A DNA stretch of 44,635 bases, from positions 1-44,635 of the IMG/VR virus record IMGVR_UViG_3300032312_000606, one strand, 5' to 3'. Numbering within the stretch: position 1 is the first letter of the stretch; each line of letters opens with the position of its first letter. The DNA is from a virus. Its lineage: Duplodnaviria; Caudoviricetes. The notes beneath the pieces were generated by a model, which made no database searches, had not been told where the DNA came from, and worked only from the letters and a program-made list of their open reading frames with translations. Positions 8,401 to 15,998 of this stretch are shown here, in pieces. The position numbers and the translations under genes are program-made.

Positions 8401-11125
8401 GGTCTGAGTTCATCAACCCATACACCTGCGCACCCGGATCCACCTTGGATAGCCACGGGTTCTGCTCAATCACTTGGCGCGAGAAGTCAGGGTCTTGGCC
8501 AAAGTGTCTGGCCTCTTGCGCCTGCTTCGGCGTCAACCACGGATTCGGGGGCTCGGCCATCTGCCGTCCGGGCCTGAACGCAGCGGTGATGTTCTCACGC
8601 TCCGCGCCGGTAATCTTCGGCAGGTACTCCTCGCTGGCCAGTTTCCACGCGTCGATGTTCTTTATCTGACGGTCAGACAGGTTTTCCCACATCCGGCCAA
8701 AGTCGGACTTGGCAATACCAGTATGCGGGAACCCGGCTGCCGTTCTCCTCATTGCGGTATCTGACAGCAACCCTATGTCCTGCATCGGCATGTGCAGCGG
8801 GCTCATTTCATTGATGTTGTCCATGTCCTCGCGGACAGTGGCCATCTCGCCATCAATGGTGCGCATACGCGCCTGACGCCACGCATCAGGATCTCGCACC
8901 TCGGGCGGAACCGGGCCAGTCTCAATGGCCTGCCGCTTTGACTCCAATGTGTCCAGTCGGGCACGCTTCTCATCCAGCATGGCCGCACGTTTCGCTGGCC
9001 ACTCTTCTGCCAACTTGAGGATGGGGTCATCAGGCGTAGACATCTGCGTCCTGACGTAGTTGGACAACTGCTTGTCACGCCAGTTGATCAACGCCTTGTC
9101 ACGCGTCGCCCCCTCAGAACTGTCACTCATCATTAAGTTTTCGCCATGCCTCGGACGCAGCATCGGCCTGCCGGTATCTAGCCACTGGCCACCGGTGGGC
9201 TTCACTACAGCCATCCGGGGGTCCATGATGGCACCAGACTCCATGGCTGACTCTAGAGCGCCTCTGACGGCCTCTCCTGCAGCCGGAGCGGCCTTCTGGA
9301 TGCCACTCTTCACCGCACGGTATGCGGGCTTGGCCACTACAGCAGCAGCAGGCACTCCAGTGAGCACGGTGTCAATGGCAGCAGCAAGTTTTGCGTCCTC
9401 TAAATTGCCACGCAGGTATTCAGCGCCGGCTTCTGCGAATGGCACGCCAATAGAAGCAGGCACATCTAGCATCTGGGCCTGAATCTCACTGGGATCCAGC
9501 GGCTGCCTCGAACGAGTCAGACCAGCCATGCCGCGGCCTACGTTCTTGCCGATGGCGCCGCCTTCCGCATACTTTTCTTCGCTCTTCGAGCCATACCTCG
9601 GTTTCTTGCCCAGCACTAGCGGGCCAATCTGAATCACCTCTTCAGCGCCCAGAATCGGCTCCATGGTGCGACGATCGTAGAAGTACCCATGGCGCTCCGG
9701 GTCATACCCAATCTGCGCCCACTCCGGGTGGTCCAGATACTCCTTGGCGCGGGCGACTGCCTCTTCCTCTGTGATTGGGTTCCACTCACCCTGAATGCGT
9801 GCCCATGGACCCTTGGCGCTCTCGCCAGTGGCCACACGGAATGCCTGCTCAGGCGAGCCACTCATGGTCACGTTCTTCACCGACGACACCGGGCCATAGT
9901 GGGTTGGCATACCCTCGGGGTGGATGCTGTTGATCCACACCCCATGGTTCTGGTACGCGGGGATGTCTAGGCGCAGGCCAGTCTGAGTTCCGGCGGGGAT
10001 CTCTCCCGTCTTGCCGTACTTCTCTTTCTGCTTACCACGCAGAGCACGCATGGCATCTTCCTGCGTTGCTGGCTGAGGAACGAAGGCATAGGGCTCCACC
10101 GGCTTGAACCGCCGAACCATCTCCTCGTATTCAGCAGCAGTCAGTTCGCCACCCTTCAGCTTCTGCGCCGCCTCAGTCAACTGCGGCACACGCTTGGTGA
10201 CGTCCTTGTAATCCATGTCGATGCGGCTGACATTTGGCTCGTCCTCAACCATGGACTTGACTGCCTTGGCCGCCTTCTTGAGCATTCCGCCCTTCGACAT
10301 CATGACGGCGCCACCCTCCTTCTTAGTCAAGTCGGGCACAGACAAATCATACGTTCCGACATTGCCCACAGCAGACTTGATATTGGTTGGATCAAACACG
10401 CCAATCGTTACCGCTTCCTTTGTCGGCTTCTTGCCTTGCCCAAAACGCTCAAGCAACTTGACGCTGTCATATCCTGCGTCTTTAAGTCCCTTGATGATCA
10501 GATGATTGTCTAACAGCGAATACAGAGGAACCTTGTAGTTAAGCCGATCAATCTCAGAAGCCACCGGATCTATATCAGGCGCATATCCACCGCCCAATGA
10601 CTTGTTTAGTTCAACATCCCACTCTGCCAATTTGCGCACGTTATCCGGCGATACGTCCGCGCCTGCCTTTTCCAACAACTCCAAGCCAGACATTGCGGAT
10701 TGTGGAACCAAAGGACTTGATGCAGGCAGTTGCGTCAAATCCAATGGATTCTTGACGTTGGCATGAACCGGATAAACCGCCGACCCCTTCTTGGGCTTGC
10801 TGCCCATTGCTCGACGACCACCTGCCACAAACTGGTTGGCCAACTCTGGATCTTCAGAGAACCAGTATGTCGGCCTCATGGTCTTGAAGTAGGGAATGTC
10901 CTTGTCGGTTCCATGGTAAAGCCTCTGCTTTACTGCGCTGCCCTCAAGCATCTTCTCTAGGTTGGCCTTGCGCTCTGGGGCAGGCAGCACATCCTTGGCA
11001 ACCTGCATAGCCTTCTTGAGCAGCCCGCCCTTGGCCATGCGCTCTTCAATCATCTGGCGCAACTCGGGATTGCGCACCTTGGGCGCCCCGATAATCTCAT
11101 CAAAGATTTTGTCGGCGTTGCTCAC
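5402..11125 (-). CDS. Large polyvalent protein (ART-like, PcfJ-like, HhH-GPD glycosylase-like and two unassigned modules)
   Basis: 1907 aa between terL and portal. RLYHGT..WFS..VFDPTNIKSA (ART-like); MGHSVEGY..SFRD..PHATVEI..QIKGKRN (PcfJ-like); VPGIGPAKS..PTLD (HhH). Modules are separated by GG motifs. Confidence 0.75.
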   Translation of the reverse strand: MSNADKIFDEIIGAPKVRNPELRQMIEERMAKGGLLKKAMQVAKDVLPAPERKANLEKMLEGSAVKQRLYHGTDKDIPYFKTMRPTYWFSEDPELANQFVAGGRRAMGSKPKKGSAVYPVHANVKNPLDLTQLPASSPLVPQSAMSGLELLEKAGADVSPDNVRKLAEWDVELNKSLGGGYAPDIDPVASEIDRLNYKVPLYSLLDNHLIIKGLKDAGYDSVKLLERFGQGKKPTKEAVTIGVFDPTNIKSAVGNVGTYDLSVPDLTKKEGGAVMMSKGGMLKKAAKAVKSMVEDEPNVSRIDMDYKDVTKRVPQLTEAAQKLKGGELTAAEYEEMVRRFKPVEPYAFVPQPATQEDAMRALRGKQKEKYGKTGEIPAGTQTGLRLDIPAYQNHGVWINSIHPEGMPTHYGPVSSVKNVTMSGSPEQAFRVATGESAKGPWARIQGEWNPITEEEAVARAKEYLDHPEWAQIGYDPERHGYFYDRRTMEPILGAEEVIQIGPLVLGKKPRYGSKSEEKYAEGGAIGKNVGRGMAGLTRSRQPLDPSEIQAQMLDVPASIGVPFAEAGAEYLRGNLEDAKLAAAIDTVLTGVPAAAVVAKPAYRAVKSGIQKAAPAAGEAVRGALESAMESGAIMDPRMAVVKPTGGQWLDTGRPMLRPRHGENLMMSDSSEGATRDKALINWRDKQLSNYVRTQMSTPDDPILKLAEEWPAKRAAMLDEKRARLDTLESKRQAIETGPVPPEVRDPDAWRQARMRTIDGEMATVREDMDNINEMSPLHMPMQDIGLLSDTAMRRTAAGFPHTGIAKSDFGRMWENLSDRQIKNIDAWKLASEEYLPKITGAERENITAAFRPGRQMAEPPNPWLTPKQAQEARHFGQDPDFSRQVIEQNPWLSKVDPGAQVYGLMNSDQVMGNLGFNHIMDVLRSDMRRGDLKPEDLSRLSVTDAVKRTSRYDAEKAAQMARAEATSAANLTPHREFGGYRMVQLDKPGQFSKESQIMGHSVEGYEPPSSHPDWIEDAAHEGSSSYGHGGWEAIKSGDAQVLSFRDTKNRPHATVEISKAGRGADPQRWLKTASPEEAAELERRMSTLESTGDYADPQFRRMVAASAGYRDETGKWVNQPMPGYVEWTKTQPGIITQIKGKRNGPVNEDYWPYLQRYVRESGTEVTDDLDKIGMVDVTAGYGPRIAFLPDNMPRYVTRDELERFKKTNEFTPDPHFSDPKFGPKGMKRGGYVTKSIPEFAKGGIVKMIKGAVEGATSAKGNIQKYADPESKHIADWQWKPMGEVAEAVNVPEVPDYIQKGFGNFMADQVKRAQKGDIGARDLIKAYTITRSSVNRGGLSHASATKTGMKLPKTDERVRPEGAFSEWLGSPEGQRYLDAAERGEIDPRVLKDLQEKFSPFGMPNVLADDMRWAAENLSGSSMDVPAMILGGPERYRELSQSVPGIGPAKSGFMGAMLGRGDFPTLDARQLRLNTEGGGKEAAKFMKRGKGEGGEEAVARLAARQNALDMALDPSLDPFYQHLVHHTIWDRVGGDKTTHDDLVRAMRGYAGGGTVSKAGMVKKAASLIEEAFKGDMDAAGRAAAGREAAKYIKSQSQVKPSEAFGQLMEKGFKKTVTTQADRTRVGGGNIGGASFSALSAVDPNYAGKVWGVGEATTAARLANLSTPETAWTTMLGSATQLKTNPIVFDKLKREFRAAMKEGKLSPELEAKINKNLALTFGEGADIRDPGIWKQADTFEKRAALADIMMGQGIPPSKGGVSLGGEKSGKGVIFRPTDILKAETEPGLLHPEHGGDVPTFAAGPRLFSLEKEFMYRPDLHPGFPVLMKGEDLGYNVMPTPTEVFLPDWHRRFKEMNPERQGPGYYDLALGVKGEGLPSQEFSDAYIRHLIREGFKAGGPVKKMKKRSKNG

Positions 11126-11152
11126 AGAAGCCTCCGGCCAGTTTCGCGCATC

Positions 11153-12568
11153 TTATACAGCATAGGGATTTACCCGGCGAGGCATACCTGAATCAGCATA
11201 ATCGTCCTCGTCCCAGTCATCAGGCGGCGGCGGGTCAATCTCAAGCCAGCCACCATCACGCAAATATCTTAAGGCTTGGGTACAGGCGTCGACATAATCA
11301 TCGTGCGTCGACTCAGGGAACGAGCAGATCTGCGACACAAAGCCCTCTGCCCAGTCTCTGACATAACCCTTGCGCACCGTGCTCTCAGGGATCCACACCC
11401 GGCCTCGAGCGATGATGTTCGACACGATATTCAGACGCTGCACCTTGTCAGCACGCCCGGGGTTATATGCCCGCACCGGCAAGTGAGCACGCTGCAGATC
11501 CTGAATGAGACTGATGCCGGCAGACTTGTCTTCCACCAGTATCAGGTCGACACGCTTCCGCTCCTTACCCTCGCCGAAGACAGTCTCGTACTCGTCGATG
11601 ACCTTGGGTCGCAGGTCCGGGTACTGCAGGTGGTCTTGCCAGCAGTCGATGACCATGGCGGCCATGGGACCATCCAGCGGCTTGAACACGCCGAAGGTGA
11701 TGCAGGCAGTCGGGTCACCCGTCGTCTTCTCGGTGTATGCACAGTCGTATGACTGGATGATGTACTCGAACTTGGGGAACGGCTTGTCAGCAGGCCAGAG
11801 GCGGAACATGTCACGCTTGACGATGCCCGACTCCTCGGGGTCTATGATCTCGGCGTAGATCTCCTGCCGGCCTAGCTTCGTGCCCTCGTACTGCAGGATC
11901 TGCTTCTGGAAGTTCGCAGACAGGTTGGCGATGTTGTCGTAGGTCGACGCGGTCGTCACACAGACGTCGTCGCCGTCACGCCCGACCAGTTCGATGATCA
12001 GGTCCTTGGGGCGCGGCGTGGTCGTCGCCACGATCCTTGTGCGGGCTCCCAGACGCACGCTGAACATGATCTGGTCCCACGCTTCGTTCAGGTAGTCCCA
12101 TGCGGCCAACTCGTCTAGCCACGCTCCATGGAACTGTGGACCGCGGAACCGCTCTGGCTCCGACGCCGGGATGCCTTTGATCAGGCTCCCGTTGGTCAGC
12201 TTGATCTCATGGTATGCCCGGTTGTAGTCAGCGATCAGAGCCTGCGGGATGACGCTAATCAACCCTGAGTCACCCTCGAAGCAGGTGGCACGCACGTCAC
12301 TCGAGGTCGGAGCCCCCACGAGCCAACGGGTGTTGGGTTCTTTCCACGCCCACCATGAGATCTGCTCTGCCGCGGTTCTGGTCTTCCCCGCTCCCCGTCC
12401 TGCGAGAAGTAGCCAGATAGACCACCAGTCACCCTGCGGGACAATCTGGTGCTTGTGGGCGATTGTGAGCCACTTGGCACGCCATGCCCATGCGACCTGA
12501 TCCTCTGGCGGGAGCAGCGCAAACTTCTTGCGCGTCTCCGGGTCCTTGAGGATCTCCTCGACAGTCAT
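11153..12568 (-). CDS. terL: Terminase large subunit
   Basis: Walker A AGRGAGKT, Walker B AWLDE, motif III TTTP, RNase H-like nuclease SYDCA...HDDYVDA. Confidence 0.95.
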   Translation of the reverse strand: MTVEEILKDPETRKKFALLPPEDQVAWAWRAKWLTIAHKHQIVPQGDWWSIWLLLAGRGAGKTRTAAEQISWWAWKEPNTRWLVGAPTSSDVRATCFEGDSGLISVIPQALIADYNRAYHEIKLTNGSLIKGIPASEPERFRGPQFHGAWLDELAAWDYLNEAWDQIMFSVRLGARTRIVATTTPRPKDLIIELVGRDGDDVCVTTASTYDNIANLSANFQKQILQYEGTKLGRQEIYAEIIDPEESGIVKRDMFRLWPADKPFPKFEYIIQSYDCAYTEKTTGDPTACITFGVFKPLDGPMAAMVIDCWQDHLQYPDLRPKVIDEYETVFGEGKERKRVDLILVEDKSAGISLIQDLQRAHLPVRAYNPGRADKVQRLNIVSNIIARGRVWIPESTVRKGYVRDWAEGFVSQICSFPESTHDDYVDACTQALRYLRDGGWLEIDPPPPDDWDEDDYADSGMPRRVNPYAV

Positions 12569-12747
12569 TGCAGGCGAGCAACACTCACCTGCGCCTGCCA
12601 GATGTTTGTCTTGTTGTCATCAGAGACATGCGAGGCGAGATCGCAGATCAGGTAAGCCATGATGTTCACCTCGTCGTCGTCCATGGCTTCCATGGCATTG
12701 GCCAGCTCGTTCAGGCTGTCGACGGCTTGCATGAAGGCTTCAGTCAT
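12565..12747 (-). CDS. Small hypothetical protein
   Basis: 60 aa acidic ORF with ATGA overlap onto the terL start. Confidence 0.55.
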   Translation of the reverse strand: MTEAFMQAVDSLNELANAMEAMDDDEVNIMAYLICDLASHVSDDNKTNIWQAQVSVARLQ

Positions 12748-12904
12748 CGCTAGCAGGGGCTGGCAACTGAGCCTCCGCCTCTTCCTTGATGCGCACAGCG
12801 AGCGGCCAGACGTTGTGGCCGGTGGGCAGGGCGCTCAGTGCGGTCAGGATGGCATTCACCTCGACCGGGTTGAACACCAGCGTGATCTTTTGCTCTTCAC
12901 TCAT
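12740..12904 (-). CDS. 54-aa hypothetical protein (absent from ORF track)
   Basis: AAGGAG RBS, MSEEQKITLVFNPVEVNAILTALSALP...; overlaps both neighbours and fills the gap. Confidence 0.6.
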   Translation of the reverse strand: MSEEQKITLVFNPVEVNAILTALSALPTGHNVWPLAVRIKEEAEAQLPAPASDD

Positions 12905-13439
12905 CAATGCTCTCCTTCTTGCGCGTCAGTTCCATGGACTGCAGGATTGAATCAAACAGACCCTTCGTGTCTACGTCGACCTTCAGGGGATTCTCGGCGT
13001 CGCCAGCCAGCGCGACACGATCGCCGTACCGCTTGGGATTCCACTTGGCCAGTAACTTGAGTTTGATGTCGGCCCGGGCTCTGATCAGTTGCACATACCC
13101 AGAGTCGATGCGACCACCACCCTCAGACAGGATGCGCTCGGGCTCATCACTGATCTCACGCAGGATGTCTTCAGCAATTGCGTCCTGCCCCATTTCCCGC
13201 GCATGTGCGATGGCTGCCGAAAGTTTTTCGTCGCGATGCATCCAACCATACACAGTACGCCACTCGGGCATGTGTGCGTCTCTGCAGATCTGTCTCAATG
13301 GCTCTCCCTCTGAGAGTCTCTGAACCATCTCTTCTGCTATCTCTGGAGTGTATTTAGATGGGCGACCGCCACTGCCTTTCGGCGGGCCGGGTTTCTTCCG
13401 CGGCGCGGGCTCCATCTCTTCTGATCGCGTTTCAGCCAT
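12897..13439 (-). CDS. terS: Terminase small subunit (Sf6 gp1-like)
   Basis: GRPSKYTPEIAEEMVQRLSEGEPLRQICRD..MP..TVYGW HTH; C-terminal KLLAKWNPKRYGD. Confidence 0.9.
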   Translation of the reverse strand: MAETRSEEMEPAPRKKPGPPKGSGGRPSKYTPEIAEEMVQRLSEGEPLRQICRDAHMPEWRTVYGWMHRDEKLSAAIAHAREMGQDAIAEDILREISDEPERILSEGGGRIDSGYVQLIRARADIKLKLLAKWNPKRYGDRVALAGDAENPLKVDVDTKGLFDSILQSMELTRKKESIDE

Positions 13440-13720
13440 TACGCTTATTCCTGCGATTGGTTAATGATGCGTCTAGTGTAACGCACCAGCGGATAGGTGC
13501 CACATTCCCGATTTCTTTTCGCGGCGGCGAAAGGCTAGCCGTCGGGACCGTGTGGCGGCGGTGCAATACATCCGGTTTTGCTACTTTGGCTCATCACCTG
13601 ACAGTAGAGGTGTGTCGATGCTTTGTTGCCGTTTTGCTCCACTACCTGTGACCGTGTATGTGTGCCTCTACGCACTCAACGAGTCTCGGCATGATGCAAG
13701 CCTACACCGGAAGGTCGGCT

Positions 13721-13768
13721 GCCCCTTACGCTTACACGTTTCGCCCATTCAGGGCTCATCAGAGAGGC
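13721..13768 (-). ncRNA. Type I hammerhead ribozyme
   Basis: Minus strand reads GCCUCU-CUGAUGA-GCCC(UGAAU)GGGC-GAAA-CGU(GUAA)GCG-UA^AGGGGC. The core is complete and stems I, II and III all pair. GUA cleavage triplet, predicted cut between 13727 and 13726. Confidence 0.9.
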
Positions 13769-13769
13769 T

Positions 13770-13843
13770 TGGTAGCGGGACCCAGACTCGCACTGGGGTC
13801 TCTGGCATATGAAGCCAGCGTGGTGCTACTCCACTATCCCGCG
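13770..13843 (-). tRNA. tRNA-Met(CAU), initiator-like, with encoded CCA
   Basis: Acceptor CGCGGGA/UCCCGCU+ACCA with a C1.U72 mismatch; D stem GUGG/CCAC; anticodon arm CUGGC-UUCAUAU-GCCAG; T arm CCCAG-UGCGAGU-CUGGG; 74 nt. Confidence 0.85.
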
Positions 13844-13844
13844 C

Positions 13845-13873
13845 TTGATAAGTAAGAAAACAGCAATGATACT
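13845..13873 (+). promoter_or_regulatory. Possible sigma70 promoter for the phosphoesterase gene
   Basis: TTGATA-17 nt-GATACT in the AT-rich gap about 40 nt upstream of the ATG at 13912. Confidence 0.4.
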
Positions 13874-13911
13874 TGTTGAGTATGACAAAATCCCTTAAAG
13901 GATAGGACGTT

Positions 13912-15093
13912 ATGGATCATTTACGAGAGTTTGCCACGGTTCGCGAACACGAAATTCTTGACGCGATCTCTTTATGCGGGACACAACAGAAAGCAGCAGA
14001 GCATTTGAACATCTCTACTCGCTCACTTGAGCGGGGGCTGCGAAGACTCAAACTGCGGGCGGCTCGAAGAGGAGTGAGCCCCGAAAATGACATGGTTCAT
14101 TCGGTCCCCGAAGGATTCATAGTCAAAGGTATCAGCACATATTATAACCAAACTGGCAAACCAGTTGGGCAGTGGGTGAAGTCGCGAGAAGACAAGAAAA
14201 ACAACCGTGACATTCAGGAAGCCTTCCTCGAAGCATTTAGAGACGACATTGTTCGCGTCGCTCCAACCCACCCAAGCACCACTCCACCAGACAGCAATCT
14301 ACTGAACATCTACGTCTTCGGTGACCCGCACATCGGTCAGCGTAGCTGGCATGAGGAAGTAGGGCATGACCATGATCTGGCTATGGCGGAGGCTCTGTTC
14401 ACGAAGGCCCATGACGACCTTGTGGAGCGGTCCCCGGCTGCAACTACCGGCCTGATCCTCAACCTCGGTGACTACTTCCACGCTGACGACGGCAACAACA
14501 TGACGTCCCGTAGCGGTCACCCTCTTGATGTCGACGGGCGATACCAGAAGGTGCGCAAGGTCGGGTTCCGCATCCTGCGGTCGATGATCCAGATGTGCCT
14601 ACGCAAGCACGACAAGGTCCTCGTCTGGAACATCATCGGCAATCATGACGACTACTCTGCTGTGGATTTGTCTCTGTGGCTGCATGTCGCCTACGAGAAC
14701 GAGCCCCGGGTACACGTTGAGACATCGGCCAACAAGTTCTACTACCTTCGGTTTGGCAAGGTGATGATTGCTGCCACCCACGGTGATTCTGTGAAGCCTG
14801 ACCAGATGCTAGGCATCATGGCTTCCGACCAGCCGGAGATGTGGGGGCAATGCGCTCACAGATACGCCCATCTCGGTCACGTTCACCACAAGTCTCTAAA
14901 AGATCTACCCGGTGTATCGGTCGAGACACACCGGGTTCTTCAGCCTTCAGATCTTTGGTCTCATAACTCCGGCTATCGGAGCCAGCGAGATGCGCAGTGC
15001 ATCACCTACCACTGCAACTTCGGGGAGTACGCACGGACCATTGTCAATCCGAGCATGATGGAACGCTCTTCTGCTCCTCAAGCCAGCAGTTAA
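13912..15093 (+). CDS. HTH + calcineurin-like metallophosphoesterase
   Basis: N-terminal HTH (GTQQKAAEHLNISTRSLER); motifs GDPH, GDYFH, GNHD, THGD, GHVHH. Confidence 0.85.
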   Translation: MDHLREFATVREHEILDAISLCGTQQKAAEHLNISTRSLERGLRRLKLRAARRGVSPENDMVHSVPEGFIVKGISTYYNQTGKPVGQWVKSREDKKNNRDIQEAFLEAFRDDIVRVAPTHPSTTPPDSNLLNIYVFGDPHIGQRSWHEEVGHDHDLAMAEALFTKAHDDLVERSPAATTGLILNLGDYFHADDGNNMTSRSGHPLDVDGRYQKVRKVGFRILRSMIQMCLRKHDKVLVWNIIGNHDDYSAVDLSLWLHVAYENEPRVHVETSANKFYYLRFGKVMIAATHGDSVKPDQMLGIMASDQPEMWGQCAHRYAHLGHVHHKSLKDLPGVSVETHRVLQPSDLWSHNSGYRSQRDAQCITYHCNFGEYARTIVNPSMMERSSAPQASS

Positions 15094-15232
15094 GGGCCTG
15101 CAGCTCGCACAGCATCATGCGCACTGTGCCCATGGCATCCGAATACTTCTGATTGTTGCACTGCTCATGCGCCCGCCTCTCAAGACGCACGATGCGCTGC
15201 AGATAGGTCGAGTAGTCACGGAATTCGGTCAT
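15044..15232 (-). CDS. Hypothetical protein
   Basis: 62 aa from MTEFRDYS; last gene of the early operon; 3' end overlaps the convergent phosphoesterase gene. Confidence 0.5.
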   Translation of the reverse strand: MTEFRDYSTYLQRIVRLERRAHEQCNNQKYSDAMGTVRMMLCELQALNCWLEEQKSVPSCSD

Positions 15233-15233
15233 T

Positions 15234-15500
15234 TCAATTTCCCCTGATGGTGAGGGCCTTGAGGGCCTCGTTGGTGCCGTCAACCAGTTCCTCAGTGGGC
15301 TGGTTGATCTCTTCGATGGTAACCCGATACTTCTTGCCGTTCAGGTCGGTGATTGTGATGGTCTTCGTGGTGCTACCGAAGGAACCATCCGCGTTGAGAT
15401 CCATCTGCGGACGACCCACATCCCACAGGATGCCTTGGGTGTCGAAGTGGCGGATGTGCCCAGCAATCAGGTGGGCAATGTAGTCGCAGTAAGCAAGCAT
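15234..15500 (-). CDS. Hypothetical early protein
   Basis: GAGGAG RBS; 88 aa; ITITDLNGKKYRVTIEEI beta-hairpin. Confidence 0.65.
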   Translation of the reverse strand: MLAYCDYIAHLIAGHIRHFDTQGILWDVGRPQMDLNADGSFGSTTKTITITDLNGKKYRVTIEEINQPTEELVDGTNEALKALTIRGN

Positions 15501-15510
15501 GTCATTCTCC

Positions 15511-15720
15511 TCAGAAGGGGCCGTGCAGGCTATCGGGTGCGTTGAGTTCTTCGTTGTGGACGGCGGCGCAGGCCGCCTGCTTCACTTCTTCGTCGCACTC
15601 ACCAAAGTCGGGCGCGTCGATGATGGTCTGCAGGGCATGCCAGTACTCCTCGTCCACGCCAAAACCACGCCAGAGCGTGTCGGTGACGATGTCATGGGCG
15701 TGTGCAGTGCGCGGGCTCAT
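15511..15720 (-). CDS. Hypothetical early protein
   Basis: 69 aa acidic; ATGA coupling to the upstream gene. Confidence 0.55.
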   Translation of the reverse strand: MSPRTAHAHDIVTDTLWRGFGVDEEYWHALQTIIDAPDFGECDEEVKQAACAAVHNEELNAPDSLHGPF

Positions 15721-15947
15721 GCTGACACCTTCAGGGCCTTCTGGGCCTGCTTGTACAGGGCACGGTACACCTCGATGCTGATGGCTTGGCTGTAGTAGCC
15801 GCCGGTCAGGTGTTCGCGGACAAATTGGGCGCTAGGTCCGCAGATGCTGCGGTCGGCGGACAGGCTGTCGTACAGCCGCTGCGCGTAGTCCGGGTGCATC
15901 TGCTTGACGTTGCGGCTCAGGTGGCGCTTCCATGCGGGCGTGGTCAT
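15717..15947 (-). CDS. Hypothetical early protein
   Basis: GAGGAG RBS preceded by AGCGAAT; 76 aa. Confidence 0.65.
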   Translation of the reverse strand: MTTPAWKRHLSRNVKQMHPDYAQRLYDSLSADRSICGPSAQFVREHLTGGYYSQAISIEVYRALYKQAQKALKVSA

Positions 15948-15998
15948 GTCGTTCTCCTCGATTCGCTTTGATGGGGGCCGCAGCCCCCGGGGTTCTGA

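Noticed and set aside
13555-13600. Second hammerhead-like string GUGAUGAGC...GCAAAAC on the minus strand
   Set aside because: Core positions are wrong (G for C3, AAAA for GAAA), stem II is only 2 bp, and no UH site with a stem I is evident.
13440-13725. tmRNA (GGGGC start after the ribozyme cut)
   Set aside because: No T-arm/CCA 3' end and no tag reading frame ending in Ala-Ala.
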